A stretch of 64,000 nt of DNA, taken from assembly GCA_963706045.1 (NCBI GenBank), contig CAVPLY010000005.1, forward strand, positions 8,279 to 72,278. Direction: 5' to 3'. Within the stretch, counting starts at the first letter, position 1; each line of letters starts with the position of its first letter. This stretch comes from an uncultured Actinomycetota bacterium. GTDB lineage: Bacteria > Actinomycetota > Actinomycetes > JAHEKZ01. A program made the position numbers and the translations under genes. Under the pieces are notes generated by a model that was not told where the DNA came from, did no database searches, and saw nothing but the letters and a program-made list of their open reading frames with translations. This document shows positions 21,322-31,406 of the stretch, piece by piece.

Positions 21322-22800
21322 GTGAAGCCGCGGCGGGGGCTCGTTCTCGCTGCGGTGGCGACTGCCGTCATCGTTGTACCCCTTGGGTGGCTGTGGTGGT
21401 CGAGCCTGCTGCCTGACGAGTACTCCGTGATGGAGATGGGGTACATGGACTACGGCGGTGGGCAGGCCGGCCACGAGGAAACCGGACACATGGAGTCTGA
21501 TGCGATCAGCATCACCGACCTGACGGTCCCTGCGGACGCGAAGCCGGATGTCACGGTCGAACTGACGGTGCGTAAGGAGACGTTCACGCTGGCATCCGGG
21601 CGACAAGTCGACGGCTACACGGTCAACGGCCAGTCGCCCGGACCCACTATCCGGGCAACCCAGGGGGACCTGGTCGAGGTCAACCTCGTCAACGAGTCAG
21701 TACCGGACGGAGTCGCACTGCACTGGCACGGAGTGGACGTCCCCAACGCGATGGACGGGGTGGCCGGTGTCACTCAGGACGCTGTTGCGGAAGGCGGCAC
21801 GTTCACCTACCGCTTCTACGCCAACCAGGTCGGGACGTACTGGTACCACTCGCATCAGGTGTCACACGAACAGGTCAAGGGCGGACTCCTGGGATCGCTC
21901 ATCGTCAGCCCAAACGGTAGGAGTCAAACCAGTAGGCCCAAGGTCGTGGACGTGCCTGCGCTCGTTCACATCTACGACGGGGTTCGAACCGTCAACGGTG
22001 AGGAAGGGGATGTTGGTGTCAGCTCCGGTGGTCGTGAGACGGCCAGGGTTCGCGTCATCAATACCGACAACGGTCCGATGTCGGTCTGGGTCAGCGGAGC
22101 TGAGTATCGAGTAGTCGCCATCGACGGGTACGACGTCCACCAACCTGAACTGGTGAGTGAAGAGGCGGTGTTGGTAACCGCGGGCGGACGCGTCGACGTC
22201 GAGGTCGCGATCGCAGATTCCGGAGCACGAGTTGAGCTCGGCGGCAACGCCTCCATCCTTCTGGGCGAAGGAGCCGAAGGTGTGACGGAAACCGCGGCTC
22301 CGCACGACTTCGTGGATCTTCTCCAGTACGGCGCACCCACCCCACTCGATTTCGACCCCAACGCGTCGACCCGCGACTTCGAGTACGTCGTCGATCGGCG
22401 ACCAGGTCTTCTCGATGGCAAGCCCGGGTTGTGGTGGACCGTCAACGGGCACATGTACCCCGATGTCCCGATGTTTGCAGTCGCTGAGGGCGACATCGTT
22501 CGCATGACGATCGCGAACCACAGCGGTGAGGTGCACCCGATGCACCTGCACGGACACCACGCGGTCGTACTTGCCCGTGACGGCGAGCCGGCCACCGGGA
22601 GCCCCTGGTGGGTTGACTCTCTCAATGTCCGAGACGGAGAGACGTACGACATCGCCTTCGTGGCGGACAATCCGGGGATCTGGCTGGACCACTGCCACAA
22701 CCTGCCCCACGCTTCAGAGGGACTGCTGGCTCACTTGATGTATATCGGGTACACCACGCCATACATGCTCGGTGGCGCGTCGGGGAACCAGCCCGAGTAG
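21322..22800 (+). CDS. Multicopper oxidase (laccase-like; MmcO/CueO type)
   Basis: HWHG, HSH, HPMHLHGHH and HCHNLPH copper-binding motifs. The GTG at 21322 is the only in-frame start downstream of the previous gene. N-terminal RRG plus a hydrophobic stretch suggests a Tat signal. Confidence 0.85.
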   Translation: MKPRRGLVLAAVATAVIVVPLGWLWWSSLLPDEYSVMEMGYMDYGGGQAGHEETGHMESDAISITDLTVPADAKPDVTVELTVRKETFTLASGRQVDGYTVNGQSPGPTIRATQGDLVEVNLVNESVPDGVALHWHGVDVPNAMDGVAGVTQDAVAEGGTFTYRFYANQVGTYWYHSHQVSHEQVKGGLLGSLIVSPNGRSQTSRPKVVDVPALVHIYDGVRTVNGEEGDVGVSSGGRETARVRVINTDNGPMSVWVSGAEYRVVAIDGYDVHQPELVSEEAVLVTAGGRVDVEVAIADSGARVELGGNASILLGEGAEGVTETAAPHDFVDLLQYGAPTPLDFDPNASTRDFEYVVDRRPGLLDGKPGLWWTVNGHMYPDVPMFAVAEGDIVRMTIANHSGEVHPMHLHGHHAVVLARDGEPATGSPWWVDSLNVRDGETYDIAFVADNPGIWLDHCHNLPHASEGLLAHLMYIGYTTPYMLGGASGNQPE

Positions 22801-22893
22801 CTGGGCGGTGCGAGCATTCGGCCCAACCCACCCGCGACCGTGCCCACCCAGGGGCTTGGACGGGGCCACGTTCTCGGACCTCGCCGAGGCGGG

Positions 22894-23409
22894 TCAGCTG
22901 GACCAACCTACGGCCGCAAGTACCTCTCGAGCGACTCCCTCGATCGGCCACCCGTCGTGATTCGGTACCGAGAAGTCCTCGACACCAGCTGAATGGACAG
23001 CCCTCGCCACAGCGGTGGAGTCCTGGAGCAACTCAGCCAGCTCCCGTCCCACATCTCGGCGACGGATGCGATCCCGTGCCAGGTCACTGGGAACCTCCAA
23101 CCGGACCACCTGAAGATCGGCTGGTTCGACTGCTGCCGCCACCATCTCGCGCTCGCCCATGTCGAAGAGGGCTCCGGCGATCACCAAGCTCTCGACGCCG
23201 ACGGTGGCGAAGTTGGTGACCATCGCCCGAAGGTTCCCCATCTTCACCCGCCACAGTTCAACCGGGTCCAAGTCCGGCCCGACCCAGCACAGCCAGTCCA
23301 GGTCGATGCCGGCCGAGGGGACTCCCTGCTCGGCCAGGAGATGGGTGATCTCGGCGGCGACTGCTGTCTTGCCTGCTCCGTACTCTCCCGTGATCAGCAG
23401 GCCCCTCAT
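22894..23409 (-). CDS. P-loop NTPase (AAA/adenylate-kinase-like; hypothetical)
   Basis: Walker A motif GEYGAGKT in a 171-aa ORF. Confidence 0.6.
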   Translation of the reverse strand: MRGLLITGEYGAGKTAVAAEITHLLAEQGVPSAGIDLDWLCWVGPDLDPVELWRVKMGNLRAMVTNFATVGVESLVIAGALFDMGEREMVAAAVEPADLQVVRLEVPSDLARDRIRRRDVGRELAELLQDSTAVARAVHSAGVEDFSVPNHDGWPIEGVAREVLAAVGWSS

Positions 23410-23426
23410 GGCCCACAGGGTATTGG

Positions 23427-25638
23427 TCAGGTCAAGATCGTCGCTGACGGTCGTGTGTCTAGGGCGATTTGGCCAGAAGCTGGAACTGGTTCCATCATCG
23501 GCTCGGGGAGGCCCGCTTCACCATCGACGTCGATGGCGGGCAGCACCCTGTCGAGCCAGGCAGGGATCCACCAGTTGGCGTCACCCAACAGCTTCATCGT
23601 GGCGGGCACCAGAATGAGTCGTACCACCGTGGCGTCGAAGAAGATGGCAGTCGCCAGACCGAGACCCATCATCTTGGTGGCCGGGTCCTCGCCGAGGATG
23701 AAACCGAAGAACACCGCGATCATGATCAGAGCTGCGGACGTAATGACTCGTCCGGTACTCGCGATGCCACGGACCACAGACGTCTCGTTGTCACCGGTGT
23801 GGATGTACTCCTCACGCACCCGGCTGAGCAGGAAGACCTCGTAGTCCATCGAGAGCCCAAACAAGATCGCGAACATGAACATCGGAATGAATGCGATGAC
23901 CGGAACCGTCTCTTGCAGGCCGATCAGATCCATACCCCACCCCCATTGGAAGACAACGACGAGCACGCCGTACGCAGCTCCAATGCTCAGCAGGTTCATC
24001 ACCGCCGCCTTCAGTGGGACAAGGACCGAGCGGAAGACCACGGTCAGCAGCAAGAAGGACAGCAGCACGACGGCTGAGATGAAGAGCGGCAACCGGTCGC
24101 CGACCCGCCCCCCGAGGTCACCCCAGGTCGCAGTCTGACCCCCGATGTGGGCGCTGGCCGACCTGTCGACAAGGACCCGCGGAAAGACGTCCGTGCGCAG
24201 CCGCTGAACGGTCTCGAACGTTGCCTCATCCTGGGGCTCCGTGGTCGGGATAGCCACCAAGGTGCTGACCGAGCCGTCGGCGCTGACCTCGGCGGGCGAG
24301 ACGGAGGCGATCCCCGGGTCTGCCTCGATGGCCGCGGCGAGCGGCTCGACCACGTCTGGGTCGGCTGACGTGTCGACGGCGATGACGAGCGGACCGTTGA
24401 CTCCGGGCCCGAATCCGTCTGCCAGGAGGTCGTAGGCAAGGCGTTCGGTGCGGGTCTCGGGGAGCGCCCCCTCGTCCGGAAATCCGAGCCGCAGCGACAG
24501 CGCAGGTGCCGCCATGGCGATGAGCAGCGCAGCCCCACCAATGGCATAGACCCACGCGTGCCGCGAGACATGCCGGCCCCACCGGTGCCAGCCCGCGCCT
24601 GCCACGCGTTCTCTGCGCGAGAGGCGGGACCGACGGCGAAGTCCGTTGATGCGGTGTCCCGCAAGGCCGAGGAGGGCCGGCAGCAGCGTCACTGCAGCAG
24701 CGACCATTACCGCTACGACGACCGACACGGCGATACCGGCAGCCGTCATAAAGGGAATGCCCGAGACCGCGAGACCGAGGATCGCGATGACCACGACCCC
24801 TCCCGCAAAGATGACCGACTGCCCGGCGGTTGCTACGGCGCGTCCGACCGACTCCTCCACTGTCATGCCACGTGCCAGGAACTCGCGGTGCCGGGTGACC
24901 AGGAAGAGGGCGTAGTCGATTCCGACTCCGAGACCAACCATGGCACCCACAACGGGTGCGAAGCTCGGAATGTCGACCAGATAGTTGACGAGGGACAACG
25001 CACTGACGCTCACCCCCAGTCCGATCAGAGCGATCCCGATCGGAAGCCCCATCGCGATGACCGATCCGAAGGCGAGGAGCAAGATGATCACAGCGGCGAT
25101 CAGGCCGAGCATCTCGCCCACTCCGGTCTGCGACTCCTCAAAGGCGAAGAATAGGTCACCACTTGTCTCGATCTGCAGTGTCGACCCATCGCGAGCGTCG
25201 GCAGCCAGCTCCTTGAGGTTGTCCAGATCGACCGGGTCGAGTTCTTCGACCACCGGGTACTGAACGCGCACGAGCGCCACGGTGCCATCCGGTGAGACGG
25301 ATGTCGTTGTGCCCAGAACGTGTGGAAGGGTCCGCAGCGACGCCTTGAGCGAGGCAAGATCCTCACGCGCCTGTGCCGAATCGGGAAAGCTCACGTCACT
25401 TGTCGAGCGGGGTGACGACGACCTGGGCTGTCAGGCCGGCCCGGTTCGACTGAGCCGCCTGTTGCAGGTCGACGGCCCGCTGGGAGTCGAGCCCCGGCAC
25501 CGCGAATGAGTCCTCGAGTGCCTTCCCGAAACCAGCCGCGGCCACGATCACCATCACCGAGACGACGAGCCAGGCGCCGATAACCCGCCACGGCCTCCTG
25601 GCGGCAAACCGACCCCACCGATACATCAGACTCGACAT
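23427..25638 (-). pseudogene. MMPL family RND-type transporter, interrupted by a +1 frameshift near 25395
   Basis: The N-terminal 81 aa (MSSLMYRWGRFAARRPWRVIGAWLVV...VVTPLDK) lie in ORF 25396..25974 and end at a TGA. The remaining 655 aa continue 1 nt later in another frame. The combined length of about 737 aa is normal for MMPL. Removing a single T from aagTgacgtgagc restores ...LDKDVSFPDS. Confidence 0.8.
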
Positions 25639-25739
25639 CGTGAACTCCTTGCAGATCCGGGTTTCATCGGCTCGGTCGCCGAGATGCCTCAAGAGTCGCC
25701 TCGGCCGAACTTTCGGGCATCGGCCAGTGCGCCCGACGT

Positions 25740-26966
25740 TTGCCCGAACTATCGGCCGGGCAGAATCTCGAACTTTTGACCGAGCCGCTGGCCGACGCGG
25801 CCCCCTACTGTGAACCCGTGATGCCAGATGCTGTCCGCTCGCTGTGGGACGAACCACGTGCCCCCAACGCGCCCAAGCGCGTGTGGCGAGACTGGGCTCT
25901 TGTAGGCGCTGTTGTGCTCTCGGCCCTCCTCGAGGGCATCTTTCGCAGCAATGTGGTCTGGCGCCCGGCGGCAATGGTTCTGACGCTCGTTCTGGTCTGG
26001 ACTCTGTTGTGGCGCCGGACCCGGCCCCTCGAGATGGTCGCCATCGTCTTCGGCAGCCTGATCGTCTTGTCCGTCTTTTCCATCGCGGGTGAGAAGGGTG
26101 AGGTTGGCCTCTACACGACCGGCTTCGTCTTGCTGCTGCCCTATGCGCTCTTTCGGTGGGGCAGCGGACGCGAGGTGATCCTGGGGCTGCCGATCATCGT
26201 GGTCGCCTATGCCCTGGGAGTCGTTGCGGACTACACCAGCGTTGGTGATGCCGTCGCAGCCTTTGCGTTTGGGCTGTTCCCTGCGGGGCTCGGCGCCTTG
26301 GTGCGCTACCAGGCGAGCTATCAGGCAAACGAGAAGGAGCAGATCAAGCTCCGCGAGCGCGAGCAGCTGGCCCGCGAGCTGCACGACACGGTCGCGCACC
26401 ACGTCTCAGCCATCGCCGTGCGGGCGCAGGCTGGACAGGTCGTGGCAGCGACCAACCCGCAGGCAGCCATCGACTCGCTGCGGGTCGTCGAGGAAGAGGC
26501 CACCCGCGCGCTCACGGAGATGCGTCTGATGGTCGGCACCCTCCGTGAGGGAGAAGAGGCCGACCTCGCCCCGCAACGCGGCATCGCCGACATCGAGCGC
26601 CTCGCACAAGGCTCCGGAGACTCGCCACCGGTGACAGTGACGTTCTCGGGGGCCTTGGACGACGTGCCGCCGTCTGTAGGTGCCGCCGTCTATCGCCTGA
26701 CCCAGGAGTCGATAACGAACGCCCTAAGGCATTCTCGGCACGCGACGTGTATCGACGTCACTCTCGACGCCGACAAGCAGTGGGTTCGTTTGACGGTCAC
26801 CGACGACGGGGATCCGATCCCGGCAGGACGAGGCAAGCCTGGCTACGGGATTGTCGGGATGAGCGAACGAGCCGCACTCCTCGGCGGCACCCTCACCGCA
26901 GGGCCCCAACCTGTCAGGGGCTGGGTCGTCAGCGCGGTGCTTCCAAAAACTGGCGCGACCCCATGA
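25740..26966 (+). CDS. Sensor histidine kinase (HisKA_3 / NarL-partner type)
   Basis: N-terminal transmembrane helices. REQLARELHDTVAHHVSAIAVRAQAG is the HisKA_3 H-box, followed by an HATPase_c region. The start could alternatively be 25821. Confidence 0.85.
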   Translation: MPELSAGQNLELLTEPLADAAPYCEPVMPDAVRSLWDEPRAPNAPKRVWRDWALVGAVVLSALLEGIFRSNVVWRPAAMVLTLVLVWTLLWRRTRPLEMVAIVFGSLIVLSVFSIAGEKGEVGLYTTGFVLLLPYALFRWGSGREVILGLPIIVVAYALGVVADYTSVGDAVAAFAFGLFPAGLGALVRYQASYQANEKEQIKLREREQLARELHDTVAHHVSAIAVRAQAGQVVAATNPQAAIDSLRVVEEEATRALTEMRLMVGTLREGEEADLAPQRGIADIERLAQGSGDSPPVTVTFSGALDDVPPSVGAAVYRLTQESITNALRHSRHATCIDVTLDADKQWVRLTVTDDGDPIPAGRGKPGYGIVGMSERAALLGGTLTAGPQPVRGWVVSAVLPKTGATP

Positions 26967-27616
26967 CCATTCGCGTGATTGTCGCCGATGACCAAGAGAT
27001 TGTGCGCACCGGACTGGCGATGATCCTGGACGCACAGCCTGACATCGACGTGGTTGCCCAGGCTGCTGACGGACAGACCGCAGTAGACCTGGCCCGCAAG
27101 CTGCGCCCCGATGTCTGTCTCTTCGACATCCGGATGCCCGAGATGGACGGGATCGAGGCCACTCGACAGCTCGCCGGCCCAGACGTCGACGCCCCGATCG
27201 CCGTCGTGGTCATCACCACGTTCGATCTCGACGACTACGTGCACGGTGCGCTCAAGGCAGGGGCGCGGGGCTTCCTCCTCAAGGATGCCGGTCCTGAACT
27301 TCTCATTCAGGCAATCCACGCAGCTGCCAACGGTGATGCGCTGATCGCGCCGAACGTGACCGTTCGCCTCCTCGCGGCGTTCAGCGAGTCAGGCGGCCCT
27401 CCCCCCGCCCAGCCGGTGGCGCCGCTCACCGAGCGCGAAGAGGACGTGCTGATCACGGTCGCGCGGGGACGGACCAACTCCGAGATCGCCCAGGACCTCC
27501 ACATCAGCCTGAGCACGGTCAAGACCCACCTCACTGCGCTGATGAACAAGCTAGGGGTCCGGAACCGCGTCGAGCTGGCCATGTGGGCCTACGAAACAGG
27601 TCGCATCAAGAGCTGA
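26963..27616 (+). CDS. Response regulator, NarL/LuxR family
   Basis: ATG overlaps the kinase stop (ATGA). Receiver domain (IRVIVADDQEIVRTGL...DVCLFDIRMPEMDG) plus C-terminal LuxR helix-turn-helix (LTEREEDVL...NSEIAQDLHISLSTVKTHL). Confidence 0.9.
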   Translation: MTIRVIVADDQEIVRTGLAMILDAQPDIDVVAQAADGQTAVDLARKLRPDVCLFDIRMPEMDGIEATRQLAGPDVDAPIAVVVITTFDLDDYVHGALKAGARGFLLKDAGPELLIQAIHAAANGDALIAPNVTVRLLAAFSESGGPPPAQPVAPLTEREEDVLITVARGRTNSEIAQDLHISLSTVKTHLTALMNKLGVRNRVELAMWAYETGRIKS

Positions 27617-27637
27617 CCACAATCCAGGAGGACCACC

Positions 27638-27916
27638 ATGCTCTACCACCTCTCGATCCATCGACCAAAGCCCGAGCACGAACAGGATCTGATTGCGTCG
27701 ATGCACCGCTTTGGCGCGGCCGCGCTGGACCAGGGCGCGACCGAAGCCCACACCTTCAAGGACGTCCGCTCGGACGCGCTTGTCGGGTTGGCGATCTGGC
27801 AGTCCGACGACGACCTCGCCGCCGCGAGACCGGCCCTCGGCGCAGCAGTCGAGCACGACGACTTCGATCTGTGGGAGAGCAGTCCGGTCGAGTCGTTCCT
27901 GCTGCACGACGTCTAG
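27638..27916 (+). CDS. Small ABM/Dabb-like protein (putative antibiotic-biosynthesis-monooxygenase fold)
   Basis: 92-aa ORF with an AGGAGG Shine-Dalgarno. Begins MLYHLSIHRPKPEHEQDL. Confidence 0.55.
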   Translation: MLYHLSIHRPKPEHEQDLIASMHRFGAAALDQGATEAHTFKDVRSDALVGLAIWQSDDDLAAARPALGAAVEHDDFDLWESSPVESFLLHDV

Positions 27917-27948
27917 TCACGCGGAAGCGTTCCTGAACCGTTCTGTGA

Positions 27949-28563
27949 TTACTCGGGGCGAACCGCCACTACCAGGACATCCAGAGCCGATCGAGGTCCG
28001 TCGTCCGTCCGCACCTGGCGTGTGACGCTCTCGGAACGCATCACATCCAAGCCTGTGTCCTTGAGGTCGGCGACCACATCTTCGGGTGTGTACAGAAGTG
28101 CTGCATCTTGAGGACCACCTGATCCGCGCGTGAGGTTGTCGGTGTGGTGACCCACGACGACGAGCTGACCTCCGGGGGCCACGGCACGTGCCGCATGCAG
28201 AAGGGCAGACCGCTGCTCTCGTGCCGGTAGATGGAGGTACGCAACGATGACTAGGTCAAAGTCAGCCGCCCCCCAGGGCCCTTCGGTGACGTCTCCGACC
28301 TTCCCCGTCAGCGAGCCACTCGGCGTTTCACGTTGGGCCCACAACTGTTGGGCGCGACTCACCGCGATGGCGGAGAAGTCGACGATGGTCGCTTGCCACC
28401 CCCGGTCAGCAAGCCAGAGGGCGTTCCGCCCTTCCCCACCCGCTACGTCGAGGGCCCGTCCAACTGGCAGATTCGCCGTCGTCTCGGCGACGAACACATT
28501 CGGTTCGGCGGACCAGACAAGGTCGCGCTCCGCATATCGAGCGTCCCAACCCTTGCTGTCCAT
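27949..28563 (-). CDS. Class I SAM-dependent methyltransferase (TehB-like)
   Basis: LDVAGGEGRNALWLADRGWQATIVDFS is SAM-binding motif I. AGGAAGGA Shine-Dalgarno upstream. Confidence 0.8.
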   Translation of the reverse strand: MDSKGWDARYAERDLVWSAEPNVFVAETTANLPVGRALDVAGGEGRNALWLADRGWQATIVDFSAIAVSRAQQLWAQRETPSGSLTGKVGDVTEGPWGAADFDLVIVAYLHLPAREQRSALLHAARAVAPGGQLVVVGHHTDNLTRGSGGPQDAALLYTPEDVVADLKDTGLDVMRSESVTRQVRTDDGPRSALDVLVVAVRPE

Positions 28564-28603
28564 ACGTGATCCTTCCTACTCGGGCGCAAGCTGCGATGGA
28601 GCC

Positions 28604-29077
28604 TCAGGCAAGAAGACTCCGAAGCATCCAGGCCGTCTTCTGGTGGACGTCAAGTCGACGGACGAGGAGGTCGGTGGTCACGTGATCCGGTACAGCTTCG
28701 GCGACCGGCAGCACCTGACGAATTGTTGCGGAAGTTGCCTCGTGGGCCGACACCAGACGACGAATCATCTCGACCGCGTCGGGAACATCGGTGTCCTCGG
28801 TCACGCTGGAGAGCTCGGCGAACTGCCGGTACGTGCCTGGAGCGGGCGCGTCCAGCGCACGGATCCGCTCGGCGATCTCGTCTACCGCCAGAGCCAGCTC
28901 CGTGTACTCCTCCATGAACATGGCGTGTAGCGAGTGGAACATCGGGCCTACGACATTCCAGTGGTAGCTATGTGTCCGAAGATAGAGAGAGTACGAGTCG
29001 GCGAGGACTCGAGAAAGGCCATGGACGACCTCGTCAAGATGTTCGGTTTCAGACCAGTTGGTGACGGTGGCGCTCAT
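28604..29077 (-). CDS. dps: Dps (DNA protection during starvation; ferritin-like)
   Basis: HSYHWNVVGPMFHSLHAMFMEEYTELALAVDEIAERI is the Dps ferroxidase-centre signature. ATG with a GAGGAG Shine-Dalgarno. Lies immediately downstream of fur. Confidence 0.9.
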   Translation of the reverse strand: MSATVTNWSETEHLDEVVHGLSRVLADSYSLYLRTHSYHWNVVGPMFHSLHAMFMEEYTELALAVDEIAERIRALDAPAPGTYRQFAELSSVTEDTDVPDAVEMIRRLVSAHEATSATIRQVLPVAEAVPDHVTTDLLVRRLDVHQKTAWMLRSLLA

Positions 29078-29087
29078 CGGGTTCTCC

Positions 29088-29522
29088 TCAGGGGGTTCTC
29101 GAAGTCTGCGGCTTGAGCCGACAGGTGGGGCAGTGGCCCCAGAAAACAATCTCGGCCTCGTCGATCTCAAAGCCGTGCACGGAAGGTGGCTCGACGCACG
29201 GCCCTTCCTCGGGATGACAGTCGACGTCGACGACCATTCCGCAGGACCGGCACACCAGATGGTGGTGGTTGTCCCCGACCCGGCGTTCGTAGAGCGCCGG
29301 ACTACCCGCCGGCTCGATGCGGCGAACCAGGCCAACGGTCACCAGTGCATCGAGCACGTGATAGCCGGCCTGTGTGGAGAGTGTCCCGATGCGTTCCCGC
29401 ACGGCTGTGGCCACTTCTTCGGTGGTGAGATGGCTGCGCTCACCCAGGACCTCGAGCGCCGCGACCCGGGGAGCGGTGACACGAAGCTGGTGCTTCCGCA
29501 GGAGTTCGTCGACTGTCGCCAT
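29088..29522 (-). CDS. Fur-family metalloregulator (FurA/PerR-like)
   Basis: HHHLVCRSCGMVVDVDC...HCPTC metal-binding motifs and an N-terminal winged helix. Forms an operon with dps. Confidence 0.9.
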   Translation of the reverse strand: MATVDELLRKHQLRVTAPRVAALEVLGERSHLTTEEVATAVRERIGTLSTQAGYHVLDALVTVGLVRRIEPAGSPALYERRVGDNHHHLVCRSCGMVVDVDCHPEEGPCVEPPSVHGFEIDEAEIVFWGHCPTCRLKPQTSRTP

Positions 29523-29576
29523 AACACCAGAATAGTTCCTAGAATAGAATCACTCAAATCTTAGGAGACGAAACGG
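29523..29576. promoter_or_regulatory. AT-rich divergent promoter/operator region between the fur-dps operon and the nifX-like gene, with three AGAATAG/TAGAAT direct repeats
   Basis: The 54 nt are about 40% GC in a roughly 70%-GC genome: aacaccAGAATAGttcctAGAATAGAATcactcaaatcttaggagacg. The repeated hexamers resemble Fur/PerR-box half-sites. Confidence 0.4.
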
Positions 29577-29912
29577 ATGAAGATCTGTGTCCCGGTCACA
29601 CCCGACGGAACGGTCGACCCACGGTTCGGTCGCGCGCCACGCGTGGCCGTGGCAACCATCACCGACGACGCACTCACCGACTGGAAGGAGTTCGACGTCC
29701 ACTGGGACGTCGAACACGACGCGGGGACGGAGGGAGCGCACCATGCCCGCGTTGCGCGATTCCTCATAGATCACGGGATCAATGTGGTTGCAGCCCGACA
29801 GATGGGTGACGGGATGCAGCGGATGCTCGGCTCTATGGAGATTCGTGCCGACCTCGACTGCACCGGAGACGCTCGTCAAGTCGCGCTGTCGGTGGTTCCC
29901 CACTCCGGCTAG
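29577..29912 (+). CDS. NifX/NifB-type FeMo-cofactor-binding domain protein (dinitrogenase FeMo cofactor biosynthesis fold)
   Basis: MKICVPVTPDGTVDPRFGRAPRVAV...HGINVVAARQMG matches the NifB/NifX/NafY small-domain family. AGGAGA Shine-Dalgarno upstream. Confidence 0.75.
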   Translation: MKICVPVTPDGTVDPRFGRAPRVAVATITDDALTDWKEFDVHWDVEHDAGTEGAHHARVARFLIDHGINVVAARQMGDGMQRMLGSMEIRADLDCTGDARQVALSVVPHSG

Positions 29913-30117
29913 TCCGACCACAGCTTCTGCTGCAGGCGCCCGGACGACAGGCAGTGTTCACGAGATGACCATTCCCCCGAGGCAGCTCAGGAACTGCCCT
30001 TCCCGCCACATCGGTCTCAAAGACTCGGAATGTTCCTGTCCCGTCATCGGGTTAGGGTCGTAGGACATTCGGTTGTCGATTGTGGCCGCCTCGGTTTGTG
30101 GCCCAGGAGGATTTTCC

Positions 30118-31406
30118 ATGCCGACTGAAGAATGGACCACCGACGCCCTGATCAGGCAGTTCGACAATGTCCGGGCCTATACCGAGCAACTCGCGGCGCC
30201 GTTGTCACCAGAGGACCAGACCGTCCAGTCGATGCCCGACGTGTCCCCCACCAAGTGGCACCGGGCCCATGTCACCTGGTTCTTCGAGACGTTCGTCCTG
30301 GCCGAGACCGAAGCCTGGCTTCGCGCCCTATCAAGACGAGTACTGGTACCTGTTCAACAGCTATTACGAGTCTGTCGGGCCCCGCTACTCTCGCCCCGAC
30401 CGCGGGCTGATCAGTCGCCCTGGCGCCCATGAGGTCGGCAGCTACCGCTCAAACGTGAACGATCGGCTGCGCGACATCGTCGCCTCGGTCGACGGCGGAT
30501 CGCTCGAGAAGGTCGCGCCCGTGATCGAGCTCGGTTTCCACCATGAGCAGCAGCACCAAGAGCTGCTGCTCATGGACATCAAACACGTCCTGTCGGTGAA
30601 CCCGATGCAGCCGACATACGCCGGCCAACCGTCCGAGCGTGGCGAACCGGACGCCCTCGGTTGGGTTGACGTCGAAGGCGGGTTGGTCGAGATCGGCCAT
30701 GCAGGCAAGGGTTTCCGGTTCGACAACGAAGAACCTCGGCACCGTGTCTGGCTCGAGCCCGTACCGCCTGGCCGACCGACTCGTCACCAACGGCGAGTGG
30801 CTCGAGTTCATGGCCGATGACGGCTACGGCCGACATGAACTCTGGCTCTCCGACGGCTGGGGCAAGGTGAAGTCCGGCGGATGGCGCTCGCCGTTGTACT
30901 GGACCGAGCTCGACGGCGTCTGGTTTGAGCACACGCTGCACGGCACGTGGCCAGTCAACCCAGCGCTGCCCGTCAGCCACGTGAGCTTCTACGAGGCCGA
31001 GGCTTACGCTTCCTGGTCCGGAAAGCGGCTTCCGAGCGAGGCCGAGTGGGAGCACGCGGTGGTCAGCGACGGTCAGCCGGTTGTGGGCAACCTCGCCGAC
31101 TCGCAGACCTTCCACCCGCGCGCAGCAGGCCCGAAGGCAGGTCGGTTACGCCAGATGTACGGCGACTGCTGGGAGTGGACGTCGTCGGCATACCACCCCT
31201 ATCCCGGGTTCCATCCGCCCGTGGGCGCGATCGGTGAGTACAACGGCAAGTTCATGTCCAACCAGATGGTGCTGCGTGGCGGCTCCGCGCTGACGCCGAG
31301 CGACCACGCTCGTTCGACCTACCGCAACTTCTTCCCGCACGCCGCTCGTTGGGCATTGTCCGGGGTGCGGTTCGCCGACGGCGGTGCACCGGTGGCCGCC
31401 GTATGA
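30118..31406 (+). pseudogene. egtB: Ergothioneine biosynthesis protein EgtB (hercynine sulfoxide synthase), split over three frames by two frameshifts
   Basis: DinB_2 N-terminus in frame 1 to about 30330, middle part in ORF 30167..30820, and the FGE-sulfatase-like C-terminus (GNLADSQTFHPRAAG...MVLRGGSALTPSDHARSTYRNFF) in ORF 30639..31406. AGGAGG Shine-Dalgarno before the ATG at 30118. Total about 429 aa, as in mycobacterial EgtB. Confidence 0.8.
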
